From IMG/VR virus record IMGVR_UViG_3300027917_000018, positions 138,976 to 202,975 of that record: a stretch of 64,000 nt of DNA; one strand, written 5' to 3'. The stretch is from a virus. Its lineage: Duplodnaviria > Caudoviricetes. The translations under genes and the position numbers were made by a program. Below are positions 1-9,885 of this stretch, one piece after another (the first letter of the stretch is position 1; each line of letters starts with the position of its first letter). The notes below the pieces were generated by a model. That model had not been told where the DNA came from and searched no databases. It worked only from the letters and a program-made list of their open reading frames with translations.

Positions 1-24
1 TCGCCAGGGCTGGCTTCAGCAGCG

Positions 25-435
25 CTAGAGCATCCGCACGCCCTTGAGCACTGGAGCGGGCGGGTCTCGCCGGTAAATCAGAATCCCGTACTTCTTCGGG
101 GCCGCTCCCTGGTTGGCGATGGTGTAGCTGAGCGCATTGGTCGAGGCTGAGCGCCCAACCGCGTACCAGCCATCTCCAATGTATTCCAGCAGTAGCAGTT
201 GGTTGGCCTCCGGGTAATTGGTAAACGCTCTGGTGTCGAACGTCTGGTTGAACTGCGTCCTGACAATGACGTTCGTATGGCTGAACGTCCCCGCTTCGCT
301 GGCGAGGGTCGTGATGTTGGTGATGCTGAACACGTTGGTTGCCACAGTTGAGGGGCTGAGCAGCTCAAAATGCTCGTCGGGCCTGGCGACGGCTGTACAC
401 AGCACGGCAAGGCACAGAGGGAGAATCCTTTTCAT
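25..435 (-). CDS. secreted hypothetical protein
   Basis: Likely start MKRILPLCLAVLCTAVA, a Sec-type signal peptide, followed by a T/N-rich beta-like body. Confidence 0.6.
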   Translation of the reverse strand: MKRILPLCLAVLCTAVARPDEHFELLSPSTVATNVFSITNITTLASEAGTFSHTNVIVRTQFNQTFDTRAFTNYPEANQLLLLEYIGDGWYAVGRSASTNALSYTIANQGAAPKKYGILIYRRDPPAPVLKGVRML

Positions 436-482
436 GGGGCTAATCTGCCGAGCCTTGGGCAATCTGTCTAGGTAGTTAGGAC

Positions 483-743
483 GTGAAGAGCTTGCTGGTC
501 ATCGCTCTTGTCCTTCTGGCGGGATGCACGACTTCATCCGAGAAGGGCAAAGTGACCCGGCATTACGTCTTCGGTTTCGGCGTGGTGACAGTTGACAGGG
601 CAGCGGCGCAGGCTGAAGTGCGCTCCGTGCGCGCCTTTGGCGTTTACGGTTCTGCGCAGCAGTTTGCAGCTGGATACGTGGACACCTTGTCGACACTGGT
701 GCCGGACGGAACAACGAACCTATTGATCGAAGTGCGCAAATGA
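483..743 (+). CDS. small lipoprotein
   Basis: MKSLLVIALVLLAG-C lipobox; GTG start preceded by GTAGTTAGG motif. Confidence 0.7.
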   Translation: MKSLLVIALVLLAGCTTSSEKGKVTRHYVFGFGVVTVDRAAAQAEVRSVRAFGVYGSAQQFAAGYVDTLSTLVPDGTTNLLIEVRK

Positions 744-1357
744 AACTGTGGCTTTTTCCACCCATTCTCGCGCTGCTGGCCGCCGGATGCACGACGCGGC
801 ATGCGGTGATCACGTCCACAGGCAACGTCTTTGGCTTTGAGCTGGCGCAGAATCCCTCCAGCGGGATGTACCAAGCCAAGCTGGGCTATGCCAGGACTGA
901 GTTTGCCTACGTGCCCTCCAACCGATCGACCTCCACCAACGAGACCAGCTTTGGGCTCGGGGCCAGGGACGTGCCCGACGTGCTCATGGAACTGAAGTTT
1001 CAAAACGTATTCAAAGGCGGCGGTCTCTATCAGCGCCTGGCCATAGGGACTGTGGCAGTCAGCCAGCCAGGAGCGGCCTTTATGTTCGCCAAGGGGCCTG
1101 ACGGAACCTTGGACCCGGATACGGCTGCGGCGATAGCCAACGTGAAGACGATCCCCGAGGCCAAGCCGGATTTGATGGCGGCCTTGGCTCCGCTGGCCAA
1201 CGCCTACCAGAATTCCATGAACCAGAATGAATTCGACATGGTGGCCGCCGGGCAGGGATACCCCAGCTTTCAAACGTTTCTGACCAACCCCAATTTGACG
1301 CTTGAAGGCGTTTACAAGATGGCCGACGAGCTGCGTAAACAGGGACTGATCGAATGA
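740..1357 (+). CDS. lipoprotein
   Basis: Hydrophobic N-terminus with LAAG-C lipobox; ATGA-coupled to upstream gene. Confidence 0.7.
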   Translation: MKLWLFPPILALLAAGCTTRHAVITSTGNVFGFELAQNPSSGMYQAKLGYARTEFAYVPSNRSTSTNETSFGLGARDVPDVLMELKFQNVFKGGGLYQRLAIGTVAVSQPGAAFMFAKGPDGTLDPDTAAAIANVKTIPEAKPDLMAALAPLANAYQNSMNQNEFDMVAAGQGYPSFQTFLTNPNLTLEGVYKMADELRKQGLIE

Positions 1358-1503
1358 CCACCGTGCTCCGAATCCCACTGACCACCGCCAACCTCGACCA
1401 GGCTATCGCGAACACGTGTGATGTGCAGAAGGCCGCAGGTTATCGGCTGGCAGGATGTTTCTCGGTCGGCGACCAACTTGTCCTCATCTTTCAGAAACCA
1501 TGA
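1354..1503 (+). CDS. 49-aa hypothetical protein (not in ORF track)
   Basis: MTTVLRIPLTTANLDQAIANTCDVQKAAGYRLAGCFSVGDQLVLIFQKP; fills the gap exactly with ATGA overlaps at both ends. Confidence 0.65.
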   Translation: MTTVLRIPLTTANLDQAIANTCDVQKAAGYRLAGCFSVGDQLVLIFQKP

Positions 1504-2417
1504 GCTTAGCCGTTTACGTTTATTTCGACGGATCGAATCTTCAGCAGAAGATCGACTCAGACGACTATGCCTATGCGGGTAGTTGGGCCGCCGCGACGCC
1601 CTACTACGCTGCCTCGCTCGATGTGGTTGATTACGGCGACGCCCGCTACGTCGCGATACGGGACAACACGAATTTCGCCCCGCTCCGCAGACCGCCCAGG
1701 GGTCAAAATGAGGTCTGGTCCATTCTCTCGAAGATTCAGGAAGGTGACGAGCCACCGTGGCCCGCGCCGCCGCAGACCGAGGTCGCCCTGGAAACGGCGT
1801 GGGCAGGCACCGCGCTAGCCCAGCTGGCCTACGACACCGGCACCGTTGCTCTTTATATGGCCTGGCAGGGCACTCAGGATGCCCGCGTGGCCAATGACCT
1901 GGCCTACCTGGCGCTTCAGACTGCCTGGATTGGGACCAGCGCTGCTGGCGTGGACCTGGCGATCCAGGCCCTGGAAACCGCCTGGATGGGTACGGCGACC
2001 GCCAATACGGCGATCGAGACGGCTTGGGCCGCCACCGCCGCAGGCTCCAATTACGTCCAGAAGTCCGGGGACACGATGACGGGTAACCTGGTTGTGCCCC
2101 AGGTCATCATCGGCTACGGCACAGTTCCCTACTCGGCAGCTGCCGCCGGGACGATCCAGTACGACTTCAACGGCCCCGGCTACCAGCACACAACCATCGA
2201 GGGCGCACTGCACATTTCGGTCAAGAACATGACGGCGGGCGCGGAAATCGCCGTTCCGGTCACCTTCAACGGCAGCTTCCAAGTCGGCTTTCCAGGCCAG
2301 TGGACCTGGTACACCGAGCCACCCACGGAGCTGAACGGAGCGGGCGAGACGATTTTTGCCTTTGCCGCCTTTGGAACGGACATGGTGGACGTTCGGGCAG
2401 CCCACGCAACGCGATAG
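1500..2417 (+). CDS. tail fibre-like protein
   Basis: Start at ATG 1500 (ATGA overlap); tandem AL[EQ]TAWxGT repeats, YVQKSGDTMTGNL fibre motif, beta-rich C-terminus. Confidence 0.65.
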   Translation: MSLAVYVYFDGSNLQQKIDSDDYAYAGSWAAATPYYAASLDVVDYGDARYVAIRDNTNFAPLRRPPRGQNEVWSILSKIQEGDEPPWPAPPQTEVALETAWAGTALAQLAYDTGTVALYMAWQGTQDARVANDLAYLALQTAWIGTSAAGVDLAIQALETAWMGTATANTAIETAWAATAAGSNYVQKSGDTMTGNLVVPQVIIGYGTVPYSAAAAGTIQYDFNGPGYQHTTIEGALHISVKNMTAGAEIAVPVTFNGSFQVGFPGQWTWYTEPPTELNGAGETIFAFAAFGTDMVDVRAAHATR

Positions 2418-2423
2418 ACGCTT

Positions 2424-4721
2424 ATGCCAGTTTCAGCATCAGACCAATACGCATACATCAACCTGAGCAGTCAGGTGGTGAATGTCTCGGGCGGTGAAGT
2501 CAACGATCGCGGCGTTTACTCGCAAGCCGAGTTTTACGCGATCAACGACGTGGTGGAGTACTTGAACAGTCTCTACATCTGCCTCACACCCAATTCTGCC
2601 CAGCCGCCGACGGCCATTGTCGATGACAACTGGTCGGCTTTCGTTCAGACCACGGGCGAGGCCCCGCTGACTATCGAGCAGCTCTACGAAATTGTTCTCC
2701 AGAATTATCAGGTGACGCTGTACGGCACCCAGCTGGCCTACACCGCCTTGGAAACTGCTTGGACGGGAACGGCGCTGGCAAATACCGCGATTCAAGTCGC
2801 CTACGACGGGACCAACGCCGCCAACTTGGCGCTTACGCAGGTTAACAACGCGCTCACGGTGGCCTATGCGGGCACCGAGCTGGCCTATACCGCGCTGCAA
2901 ACGGCTTGGACCGGGACCAACACAGCCAACAGCATCAATATCATCAGCGCGGCAGCCAACGGCACCGACATCAGTGCCGGGCGCTCCGGGGACAATCTTC
3001 GGGTCAAGAGCATCATCCCCGGCGTCGACGTTTACATTGAGGACTACGGAACGGCGGTCGAAATCGGCTCGACCGGTCCCAGCGCGGTGCCTGTTGGGCT
3101 GGAAGGCGAGGCGTACATCTTCGTGGGCGGCGACGCCTCGGGGACTGTAAACGGCGACGCGCTCGTGGCGGCCCACACGGCGGCCAAGACCAAGACGCCG
3201 CACGGCCAGGCTCTATCGGCCAACAATCGGTACACCATCTTCCTGCTGCCGGGCAATTATACGCTGACCGACGACGCGCTTCAGTTGGACACCAGCTACA
3301 TCGACCTTATTGGTCTCGGCAAAGGCCGCGAAGCCTATCTGACCTCCAGCGGTAACACGCTGCGCGTAACCTCGTCGACCGGACACAATCGCCTGGCCAA
3401 TCTGACGATTCACACGTCGGCTGCGGCCACCAACAGCAACACCGGCAAGCACGCTTATTCGGGCGAGTTTTCCAGCTCGGCCAGCACGTTTGAGGCGAGG
3501 AACGTTTTGTTTACGTCAAACAACAACTACAACGCGATGAAGGCGCAGGCGGGGATGTACGGGACCTACATCGACTGCGAGTGCGATAAGGAGGGCGGAT
3601 TCAACTGCGCTTTCCAGTCCTGGTCGTCATCCGTCGGCCTCTACGGGAAGTTCATCCGGTGCAAAGCTAAAACGTACTCTTTTGGCGCGACCTTCAACGT
3701 CAACCAAACGGTGACGTTGTCGGGCCAGTTTATCCAGTGCGAGGCGGAAGAAGATTCGTTCGGCAAAAACCAAACCTACGACACGACCATGAGCGGCTAT
3801 TTCCACAGCTGCCGAGTCAATTCCAGCGGAGGGTACTGCTTTGGCCACGTGAGCACGGCGGGCCGGACCCTCACGATGTCGGGCATCTTCATCGGCTGCG
3901 TGGACGTTGGCAATGGGTTCTGTTTCGGCAATGTGATCGTGCATGGGAACGTGACGATGAGTGGCATCTTCATGAACTGCACCACCAACGGCGCAGGGTT
4001 CGGAACAAACAATTACACGTTTGGGTCTTCCACTGGCACCCGGCTTCTGAGCGGCGTGTTCATGGACTGCCGCACTACGGGCTACGGCTTTGGCGGCGGT
4101 ACGACGGCGGGTGGCACAACAACGCTGTCGGGCCGCTTCGTCAACTGTGAAGCCGTTCAAAACGTTTTTTGTTTTGGTTACGGGGCCAACACCGATTGCT
4201 CGGGCTACTTTTTCAACTGCCGGGCAGGCGGAGAGGCTTTTGGCACAGGCGGTGGCGTGGCCTCTGGAACCTTTATTGGCTGTGTGGCAGGCGCTGGCTC
4301 TTTCGGCGGCACCGACACGGGCAGCTCGACGGGAGGCACGGCTTCAGGAACCTTCATCTCCTGCGTTGGCGGTGCCTACAGTTTCGGCGGAGCGGACGTG
4401 AGCGGCTCTCCGGGCACTATGTCGGGCACGATGCAGAACTGCGTGCTCACCGGACTGCTCTATGCCACGGTGACGGGCAAGATTGAGAACATGCGGATCG
4501 AGGCCACAGGCTCCAACCAAAATGCGGTGCTGATCGGCAGCAACGGCAGACTTTACGGTTGCACCTTGATCAAGACCGGAACCGGCTATGCGATCAGCGG
4601 CACAGGCTCGATCACAGCCAAGGTCGCTCACTGCCGGATGAACAGTGGCCCGGACCCAGGTTTCACCTTCACCAACGGAATCGAGACCCCGTACAACGTC
4701 GTGGATAGCGACATCACTTGA
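2424..4721 (+). CDS. tail fibre/spike protein with Gly/Phe/Cys beta-helix-like repeats
   Basis: Same TAWxGT repeats as upstream gene, then many ~21-aa SGxFxxCx..FG repeats. Confidence 0.65.
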   Translation: MPVSASDQYAYINLSSQVVNVSGGEVNDRGVYSQAEFYAINDVVEYLNSLYICLTPNSAQPPTAIVDDNWSAFVQTTGEAPLTIEQLYEIVLQNYQVTLYGTQLAYTALETAWTGTALANTAIQVAYDGTNAANLALTQVNNALTVAYAGTELAYTALQTAWTGTNTANSINIISAAANGTDISAGRSGDNLRVKSIIPGVDVYIEDYGTAVEIGSTGPSAVPVGLEGEAYIFVGGDASGTVNGDALVAAHTAAKTKTPHGQALSANNRYTIFLLPGNYTLTDDALQLDTSYIDLIGLGKGREAYLTSSGNTLRVTSSTGHNRLANLTIHTSAAATNSNTGKHAYSGEFSSSASTFEARNVLFTSNNNYNAMKAQAGMYGTYIDCECDKEGGFNCAFQSWSSSVGLYGKFIRCKAKTYSFGATFNVNQTVTLSGQFIQCEAEEDSFGKNQTYDTTMSGYFHSCRVNSSGGYCFGHVSTAGRTLTMSGIFIGCVDVGNGFCFGNVIVHGNVTMSGIFMNCTTNGAGFGTNNYTFGSSTGTRLLSGVFMDCRTTGYGFGGGTTAGGTTTLSGRFVNCEAVQNVFCFGYGANTDCSGYFFNCRAGGEAFGTGGGVASGTFIGCVAGAGSFGGTDTGSSTGGTASGTFISCVGGAYSFGGADVSGSPGTMSGTMQNCVLTGLLYATVTGKIENMRIEATGSNQNAVLIGSNGRLYGCTLIKTGTGYAISGTGSITAKVAHCRMNSGPDPGFTFTNGIETPYNVVDSDIT

Positions 4722-4722
4722 T

Positions 4723-5106
4723 ATGTCACAGACCAACCAAGGCAACAGGATTCTGACCACCGACCCCTACTGGCAGGGGCCTAGCGTGGGAGCCCACCAG
4801 GTCATCGGCTATGCGGGCACCGTGATGGTTGACTTCGCGGGAAGCATGTCGGCCTACCAAACCGTCACGCTGTCAGGGAACATCCACTTTGACGTGATGA
4901 ATATGGCCGGTGGAGCCAACAACCACGGTGTCAGCATCCGGGTAATCGGGGACGGCAGCGACCGCCTCGTGGGCTACAACACGGACATCAAGTGGCTCGG
5001 CACCGCTCCAGGCACTCAGGCGGCCAATAAGGTTTCGGTTGCGAGCTTCACCGCCTACGGCACGCTGCCGACGGACGTGGTGGCGGTTTATGCGAAGCAG
5101 CGATGA
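4723..5106 (+). CDS. tail-associated hypothetical protein
   Basis: Start MSQTNQG; C-terminal WLGTAP...VASFTAYGT resembles the C-terminus of the 1500 ORF. Confidence 0.55.
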   Translation: MSQTNQGNRILTTDPYWQGPSVGAHQVIGYAGTVMVDFAGSMSAYQTVTLSGNIHFDVMNMAGGANNHGVSIRVIGDGSDRLVGYNTDIKWLGTAPGTQAANKVSVASFTAYGTLPTDVVAVYAKQR

Positions 5107-6374
5107 CCGTAAACGTCAATTTCACGTGGTTTGATCTGCCGTACCTGGCCTACGCCGGAGAGGCGGGGCCGCCGCCCGACGGTTGGGAGCCTTTCTCCGA
5201 CTACGCGATTGACTACTACGCCGTAAACAATCCGTTTCCCTACGGCGGCCAGAATTTTGCGGGCACTTGGTACGCCTCGCCGTCTTCGGAGGGCATCCAA
5301 GCCTGGGAGGGCTGGGAATACACAACCGGAACCTTGGGCCAGGACAAGGGCACAAGCAGCCTGGATCAGCTGGGCATTGGTTTTGAAGGGACTTGGTATG
5401 GCCAGCACAGCGACAGCTATTTCGTCGGCGAGGACCGGTGGAATTACGGAGCGGGCACCGTCTTCCAGGAGTACGCGGGCACTGAGTTTAACGCGGTCGA
5501 CGGATTTAGCGGCACCTGGTACGCCGTGGACAGAGATTACAGCGCCCATGATGACTTTTCCAGCTATGGAACGAGCAGCGGCACGTTTGGCGGCGTTGAG
5601 ATTGAGCAGATGGGAGCCGGTACCGTGCCGCTGGCCGCCGGAGGCGCGTGGGCCGGTACCTGGGCGGTTGGTGAGGGCACCTACCCGTCCTTAAGCCCAA
5701 TTCTGCTCCTGGATTCTGGCTCAGCTTTCTCCGGCAGCCTGTCGGGCACCGCCGCCGTCTGGTTGGATTTTTCAGGATCGGGCAATCACTTCTACGAGTA
5801 CACTGCGGGCGGCGGCCCGGTCATCGACTGGAACAACGCCCTCAACGGCTACCCCGTGCTTTCGTTCGGGACATTCTCCGAGAACCGGCTTTATCGCCAG
5901 CAGTTCGTTCAGGACCGTGGCAGCGTCGAGGCATTCCTGGTCGTGCGAGCGGACGCAGACCCGCCGCCTGCTGGACCAAATGTCGGTGCTTGGGCCAATT
6001 TCAGCCAGAACACACCTTCCAGCCACACACCGTTCTCCGACGGCAACATCTATGAGAACATGTGGTCGGCGACGCGGTTCTCGTTCAACCCGACTACGCC
6101 GCTGAATCAATGGCTGGTGTACAATGTCCGCCATAGCGGCTACCGGGTGCAGGTTGAACTGAACGGCACCGAGTTGGCCTACAATACCACTCAGACCTTG
6201 GACGTGACGGCATCGGTGACAGGGACCTACGTCCTTGGAGCTGGGGTGGCTTCCGGCCCCACCTACTACGCCTGGCTTGGCAAAATGGCCCATGTCCGCG
6301 TTTACGACCACGTGCTTTCACCTTCGGAGCGCGGAGACGTGGTGAAAGAACTCAAAGCCAGGTTTGCGATATGA
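5103..6374 (+). CDS. tail protein with GxW[YA] repeats and C-terminal LamG/concanavalin-like domain
   Basis: Repeats of F/W-x-GTW[YA]; WLDFSGSGNH...W...ELNG...GKMAHVRVYDHVLSPSE LamG pattern. Confidence 0.65.
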   Translation: MTVNVNFTWFDLPYLAYAGEAGPPPDGWEPFSDYAIDYYAVNNPFPYGGQNFAGTWYASPSSEGIQAWEGWEYTTGTLGQDKGTSSLDQLGIGFEGTWYGQHSDSYFVGEDRWNYGAGTVFQEYAGTEFNAVDGFSGTWYAVDRDYSAHDDFSSYGTSSGTFGGVEIEQMGAGTVPLAAGGAWAGTWAVGEGTYPSLSPILLLDSGSAFSGSLSGTAAVWLDFSGSGNHFYEYTAGGGPVIDWNNALNGYPVLSFGTFSENRLYRQQFVQDRGSVEAFLVVRADADPPPAGPNVGAWANFSQNTPSSHTPFSDGNIYENMWSATRFSFNPTTPLNQWLVYNVRHSGYRVQVELNGTELAYNTTQTLDVTASVTGTYVLGAGVASGPTYYAWLGKMAHVRVYDHVLSPSERGDVVKELKARFAI

Positions 6375-7117
6375 GCCTAACCTTTCTGGCAAGAGAAGAC
6401 GTGGTTTCGATTTCATCGGAGGCCCTGGTTCTGCGTTCCTCCAGCGTAGCCCGACAGTTGCCCTGGGGCAGCGACTGGCAGCAGCTTATGATCGGGGTTC
6501 GCTTTAGGATTGATGGTGGCTGGGTCAGTTACGGCGACGCGGTGACGAACATGAACTTTGGAACAGCCACGGCGATCCCCAGGTGGCAGGTGGGCCTTTG
6601 CTCCGGTGGCCAGGCGGTGGTTGATGACGGCATCAATCACTTTTGCGGGGCCATCAGTTTCCTAAACACCTGGGGAAACGCGGGCACGTCCGAAAGCGAC
6701 CGAGGCTACACCGTAGGTCCTGGCGGAATGCTGATCGCGACGCAGATCGGATGGACCAGAACCAGCTACGGCGGTAGCATTTCTGCGGCAAGCGCCGGTT
6801 TTACCGCCACGGAGGGCCTGGCCTGCGCGATTTTCGTGCAGATTACCAAGGGCAGTCCCACCTGGAGTTTGAAGTACGCGATACCCAACGCTTATTCTAA
6901 TGGCGACACGAAGACGGCCCAACAGGTGTCGGTTATGTGCGAGACCGACATCGAGAACGCGCCTACTTGGGATAGCGGCTATCAAAGGTCCAATTCAGCT
7001 GGAACGCCCACCATCGACGAAAGCACCTACGGGCCGCTGGATTCGGTCTGCCTGTACTGGAATTGGCAGATGCCCAGGATGAGGATTTTCGACATCTACG
7101 TACACAAAAGGTACTGA
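6371..7117 (+). CDS. virion-associated protein, paralog family P (1 of 4)
   Basis: Shares PRxxxG[LI]C, IxKGSP and IDESTYGPLDSV motifs with 7119, 23218 and 23997 ORFs. Confidence 0.65.
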   Translation: MSLTFLAREDVVSISSEALVLRSSSVARQLPWGSDWQQLMIGVRFRIDGGWVSYGDAVTNMNFGTATAIPRWQVGLCSGGQAVVDDGINHFCGAISFLNTWGNAGTSESDRGYTVGPGGMLIATQIGWTRTSYGGSISAASAGFTATEGLACAIFVQITKGSPTWSLKYAIPNAYSNGDTKTAQQVSVMCETDIENAPTWDSGYQRSNSAGTPTIDESTYGPLDSVCLYWNWQMPRMRIFDIYVHKRY

Positions 7118-7118
7118 C

Positions 7119-7841
7119 ATGATTGCGATTACAGAAAGGATTATCGGCGGGTCGACGGACCAGAACGTGCGGCTCCAAACTGCCGGGCTGTCCCGGCCCA
7201 TGTCGATCGGAACCGACTGGACCAAAATCCGTGTGGGCATCCGCTACGCGTTTAATCTTGGCACGTACACAGGCAGCCTGTCGGGCACGCCCAGGTTTGG
7301 TTTTGGCATCTGCGCGAATGCCCAGTACGAGATTTTCAGCTACACGAACGTTTCCCACATGTTTGGCATTTTGAGCAATGCCACCACGATGACTCCTGGG
7401 TTGTCCGGTTCTGAGTACGCGATAACGGTAGGCGGCGGTGGCATTCTTTTGGCGGACAAGGTGGGAAGCACGATCACCACAGGGTCGGGATCACTTTCGG
7501 CGGGCACGGCGCTTTCGGCGTCGCCGCAGGATGGCCGAAGCTGTCTGTGGCTCCAAATTCAAAAAGGAAGCCCCAACTTCACCTGCGACATGTGCTATCC
7601 GGGAAGTGCGGCACCGGCAGTGATCGACTTGAGTGAGTCCGAGTTTTTCCTGGGCATGGAAACTGATCCGGGCAGCATTCCCGCTTTGAGCGGTAATTTC
7701 TCGGGCTACCAGTCCAGAACTGCTATTGCCCACGCCTTGGATGAGGCGGCCAACGGCTATTTTAACGGTGTCTGGATCGACTGGAATAGGACAACCTGGT
7801 CGGTCGAGGTTTCGGACGTAGCCGTTTACAAGGTGTCCTAG
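7119..7841 (+). CDS. virion-associated protein, paralog family P (2 of 4)
   Basis: PRFGFGIC, IQKGSPNF, LDEAANGYFNGV motifs. Confidence 0.65.
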   Translation: MIAITERIIGGSTDQNVRLQTAGLSRPMSIGTDWTKIRVGIRYAFNLGTYTGSLSGTPRFGFGICANAQYEIFSYTNVSHMFGILSNATTMTPGLSGSEYAITVGGGGILLADKVGSTITTGSGSLSAGTALSASPQDGRSCLWLQIQKGSPNFTCDMCYPGSAAPAVIDLSESEFFLGMETDPGSIPALSGNFSGYQSRTAIAHALDEAANGYFNGVWIDWNRTTWSVEVSDVAVYKVS

Positions 7842-7864
7842 CGGGCCAGTGTAGTTAGGGGCGT

Positions 7865-8371
7865 ATGAAGACAAAACTAGCTTCGACCCTACTGGCGCTG
7901 ATTGTCGCAGTATCAGCGATTTCGTTTACGACGGGATGCCGGACTACCAACCCGGACACGGGTGAAGTGGTCTTTGATCCTGTGCGCACTGAGAAAGTTC
8001 AGGCCGCGATCAAGCCCGCTATCGCGACGGGTGTCTTGATCGGCATTCGCCAGGAAGCCCAGGCTGCCACGGCTTTTGTCCTGGCGGAGCAGGTCTTGCA
8101 GGACCTGGTAGGCCAGCGGCAGATTGACCCAACGGTGGTCAACGACGCCCTGATAAAACTGAACCTGGCCGCCCTGCAAAGCCAGGACGCCAAGCTTGCG
8201 GCCCAGGTCGGCATCAACACCATGCTGGCCCTGTACAATGCGGCGGTGGCGGATCGCGTTCAGGCAGACATCGCCGAGGACCAGTACCTGTACGCCATTT
8301 TGCAGACTCTGGCCGACGGCGTCTCGATGGGACTGACCCAGGCCAAAGAGGCGGGCTTAATCTCGCCATAA
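7865..8371 (+). CDS. lipoprotein-like helical protein
   Basis: Hydrophobic N-terminus ending TTG-C; GTAGTTAGG motif upstream. Confidence 0.6.
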   Translation: MKTKLASTLLALIVAVSAISFTTGCRTTNPDTGEVVFDPVRTEKVQAAIKPAIATGVLIGIRQEAQAATAFVLAEQVLQDLVGQRQIDPTVVNDALIKLNLAALQSQDAKLAAQVGINTMLALYNAAVADRVQADIAEDQYLYAILQTLADGVSMGLTQAKEAGLISP

Positions 8372-8393
8372 GGCTTTAGCTGGCCATAGGTAC

Positions 8394-8427
8394 CAAGGGG
8401 CGGCCTTCTTGTTTGGGCCGCCCCTTG
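8394..8427. terminator. GC-rich hairpin, possible terminator
   Basis: Perfect 12-bp inverted repeat caaggggcggcc/ggccgccccttg with 10-nt loop, in an intergenic gap. Confidence 0.6.
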
Positions 8428-8461
8428 TATTTAGGGTGGCGACTATCGCCGTCGAAAAACT

Positions 8462-8848
8462 ATGAATACGACAAAAGCACTGAAATGGGCGGTTTTTTGC
8501 GTGTTGACTCTTCCCGTGCTCCTATTCGCGCAGGACGAGACCCCACTCGCCGAGCTGCCTAAAAGCACGCAGGAGTTTTGGGTCCTGGGCATCGCTGTTG
8601 TTTCCCCGCTGATCGTTCAGGGGATCAAGTGGGCGGTTCCCAAGATTCCGAAGCTTCTGCTACCAAGCGTCACACCCTTCATCGGCATGGCTTTGGGCTA
8701 TGGGCTGAATGCCCTGGGCACGGCTGACCTGGGATGGGTGGATGCTGCGCAAGCGGGCGCTCTGGCCGTCTTCGTTCGCGAGGTCGTCAACCAAGCGGTG
8801 AAGTCTCGGCAGGCGGCTGACACACCGGCCCAGCCTCCTTCTGGCTAG
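8462..8848 (+). CDS. small multi-pass membrane protein (holin-like)
   Basis: Signal-like N-terminus plus 2-3 hydrophobic helices; holin function is inference. Confidence 0.5.
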   Translation: MNTTKALKWAVFCVLTLPVLLFAQDETPLAELPKSTQEFWVLGIAVVSPLIVQGIKWAVPKIPKLLLPSVTPFIGMALGYGLNALGTADLGWVDAAQAGALAVFVREVVNQAVKSRQAADTPAQPPSG

Positions 8849-9878
8849 GGATTTCAACTGAACCTTCATCCTCCCCTGCGGGTGGCTCATCCGCAGGGGA
8901 TTTTCGTTTACGGTCTGTTCGGTTCAATTCATCGGCGAGGCTGTACTGCCTGATCTTGTTGTAAAGCGTTTGTCGCCCGATCCGCAGCCGCTGCGCTGCG
9001 TGCTTGATGTTGCCGTGGCAGCCTTGGATGGCCTCGATGATAAGCCTGCGCTCCGCCAGCTCAATCGGCCCCAGTGTATGGCCCTGTTCCGCCTTTTCCT
9101 GCGCCGTTTTGTCGAGGGCAGCCTGGGCGACCGGAGGGCTGAATCCGTCGGGCGGTAGGGAGTGTCGGTAGCCCAAAGCCAGCACGCGTTGTATTTCGTT
9201 CTCCAACTGCCGGACGTTGCCAGGCCATTCGTAAGCCAGTAGAGCTTCCTTGGCTTCCTTACCGAGGTAGACGGGTTCGGTAACAGCCTGTTCCTTAGCG
9301 TACCAATTGAGAAACGTTTCGGCCAGGGGCAGAATGTCATTTCTTCGATTGCGCAGCCGGGGCAGAAAAAGCGTGACGGCACCGATGCGGTAGTAAAGGT
9401 CAGGACGTAAACGTTTTTGTTCGAGCAGCATTTCTGGCAGGTTGCTCACGGCGCAAATCAGCCGAAAGTTAATGGCGTCCTCCTTGGTGCTCCCGACGCG
9501 TCGGACTTTCCTTTCCTGAAGGACCCGCAGCAGCTTTGACTGTGCTCCCAGCGGCATTTCGCTCAGCTCGTCCAGGAAGAGGGTGCCGCCATCCGCTGCC
9601 CCGATCAGGCCCGTGCGGTCGTTGCTGGCCCCAGTGTAGGCACCACGGGCCGCGCCGAACAGCTCGCTCTCGACGAGGTCTTTGGGCAATGCCGCGCAGT
9701 TGACACAGATCATCGGCTGTTTGCGCCGAGGGCTGTTCTCATGGATATGGCGTGCAACGACTTCCTTGCCCGTTCCGGTCTCGCCGCAGAGCAGGATGGG
9801 AATGCCGCTGGCAGCAATCTGGTTGCAGGTGGCTACCAGAGCTTGCATTGCTGAACTGGCGAATACGGGCTTGTACAT
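8787..9878 (-). CDS. sigma54-dependent transcriptional activator (AAA+ plus Fis HTH, no receiver domain)
   Basis: GETGTGKE Walker A, ESELFG, GAYTGA loop, FLDE Walker B, WPGNVRQLEN, C-terminal GNIKHAAQRLRIGRQTLYNK HTH. Confidence 0.95.
   Translation of the reverse strand: MYKPVFASSAMQALVATCNQIAASGIPILLCGETGTGKEVVARHIHENSPRRKQPMICVNCAALPKDLVESELFGAARGAYTGASNDRTGLIGAADGGTLFLDELSEMPLGAQSKLLRVLQERKVRRVGSTKEDAINFRLICAVSNLPEMLLEQKRLRPDLYYRIGAVTLFLPRLRNRRNDILPLAETFLNWYAKEQAVTEPVYLGKEAKEALLAYEWPGNVRQLENEIQRVLALGYRHSLPPDGFSPPVAQAALDKTAQEKAEQGHTLGPIELAERRLIIEAIQGCHGNIKHAAQRLRIGRQTLYNKIRQYSLADELNRTDRKRKSPADEPPAGEDEGSVEIPSQKEAGPVCQPPAETSPLG
8872..8905 (+). terminator. intrinsic terminator
   Basis: tcccctgcgg/ccgcagggga 10-bp stem followed by ttttc, 24 nt after a stop at a convergent junction. 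Confidence 0.65.
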
Positions 9879-9885
9879 AGGTTAA

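Noticed and set aside
8372-8462. UAA read-through fusing the 7865 and 8462 ORFs
   Set aside because: Same frame, but an in-frame TAG at 8387 and a strong hairpin intervene.
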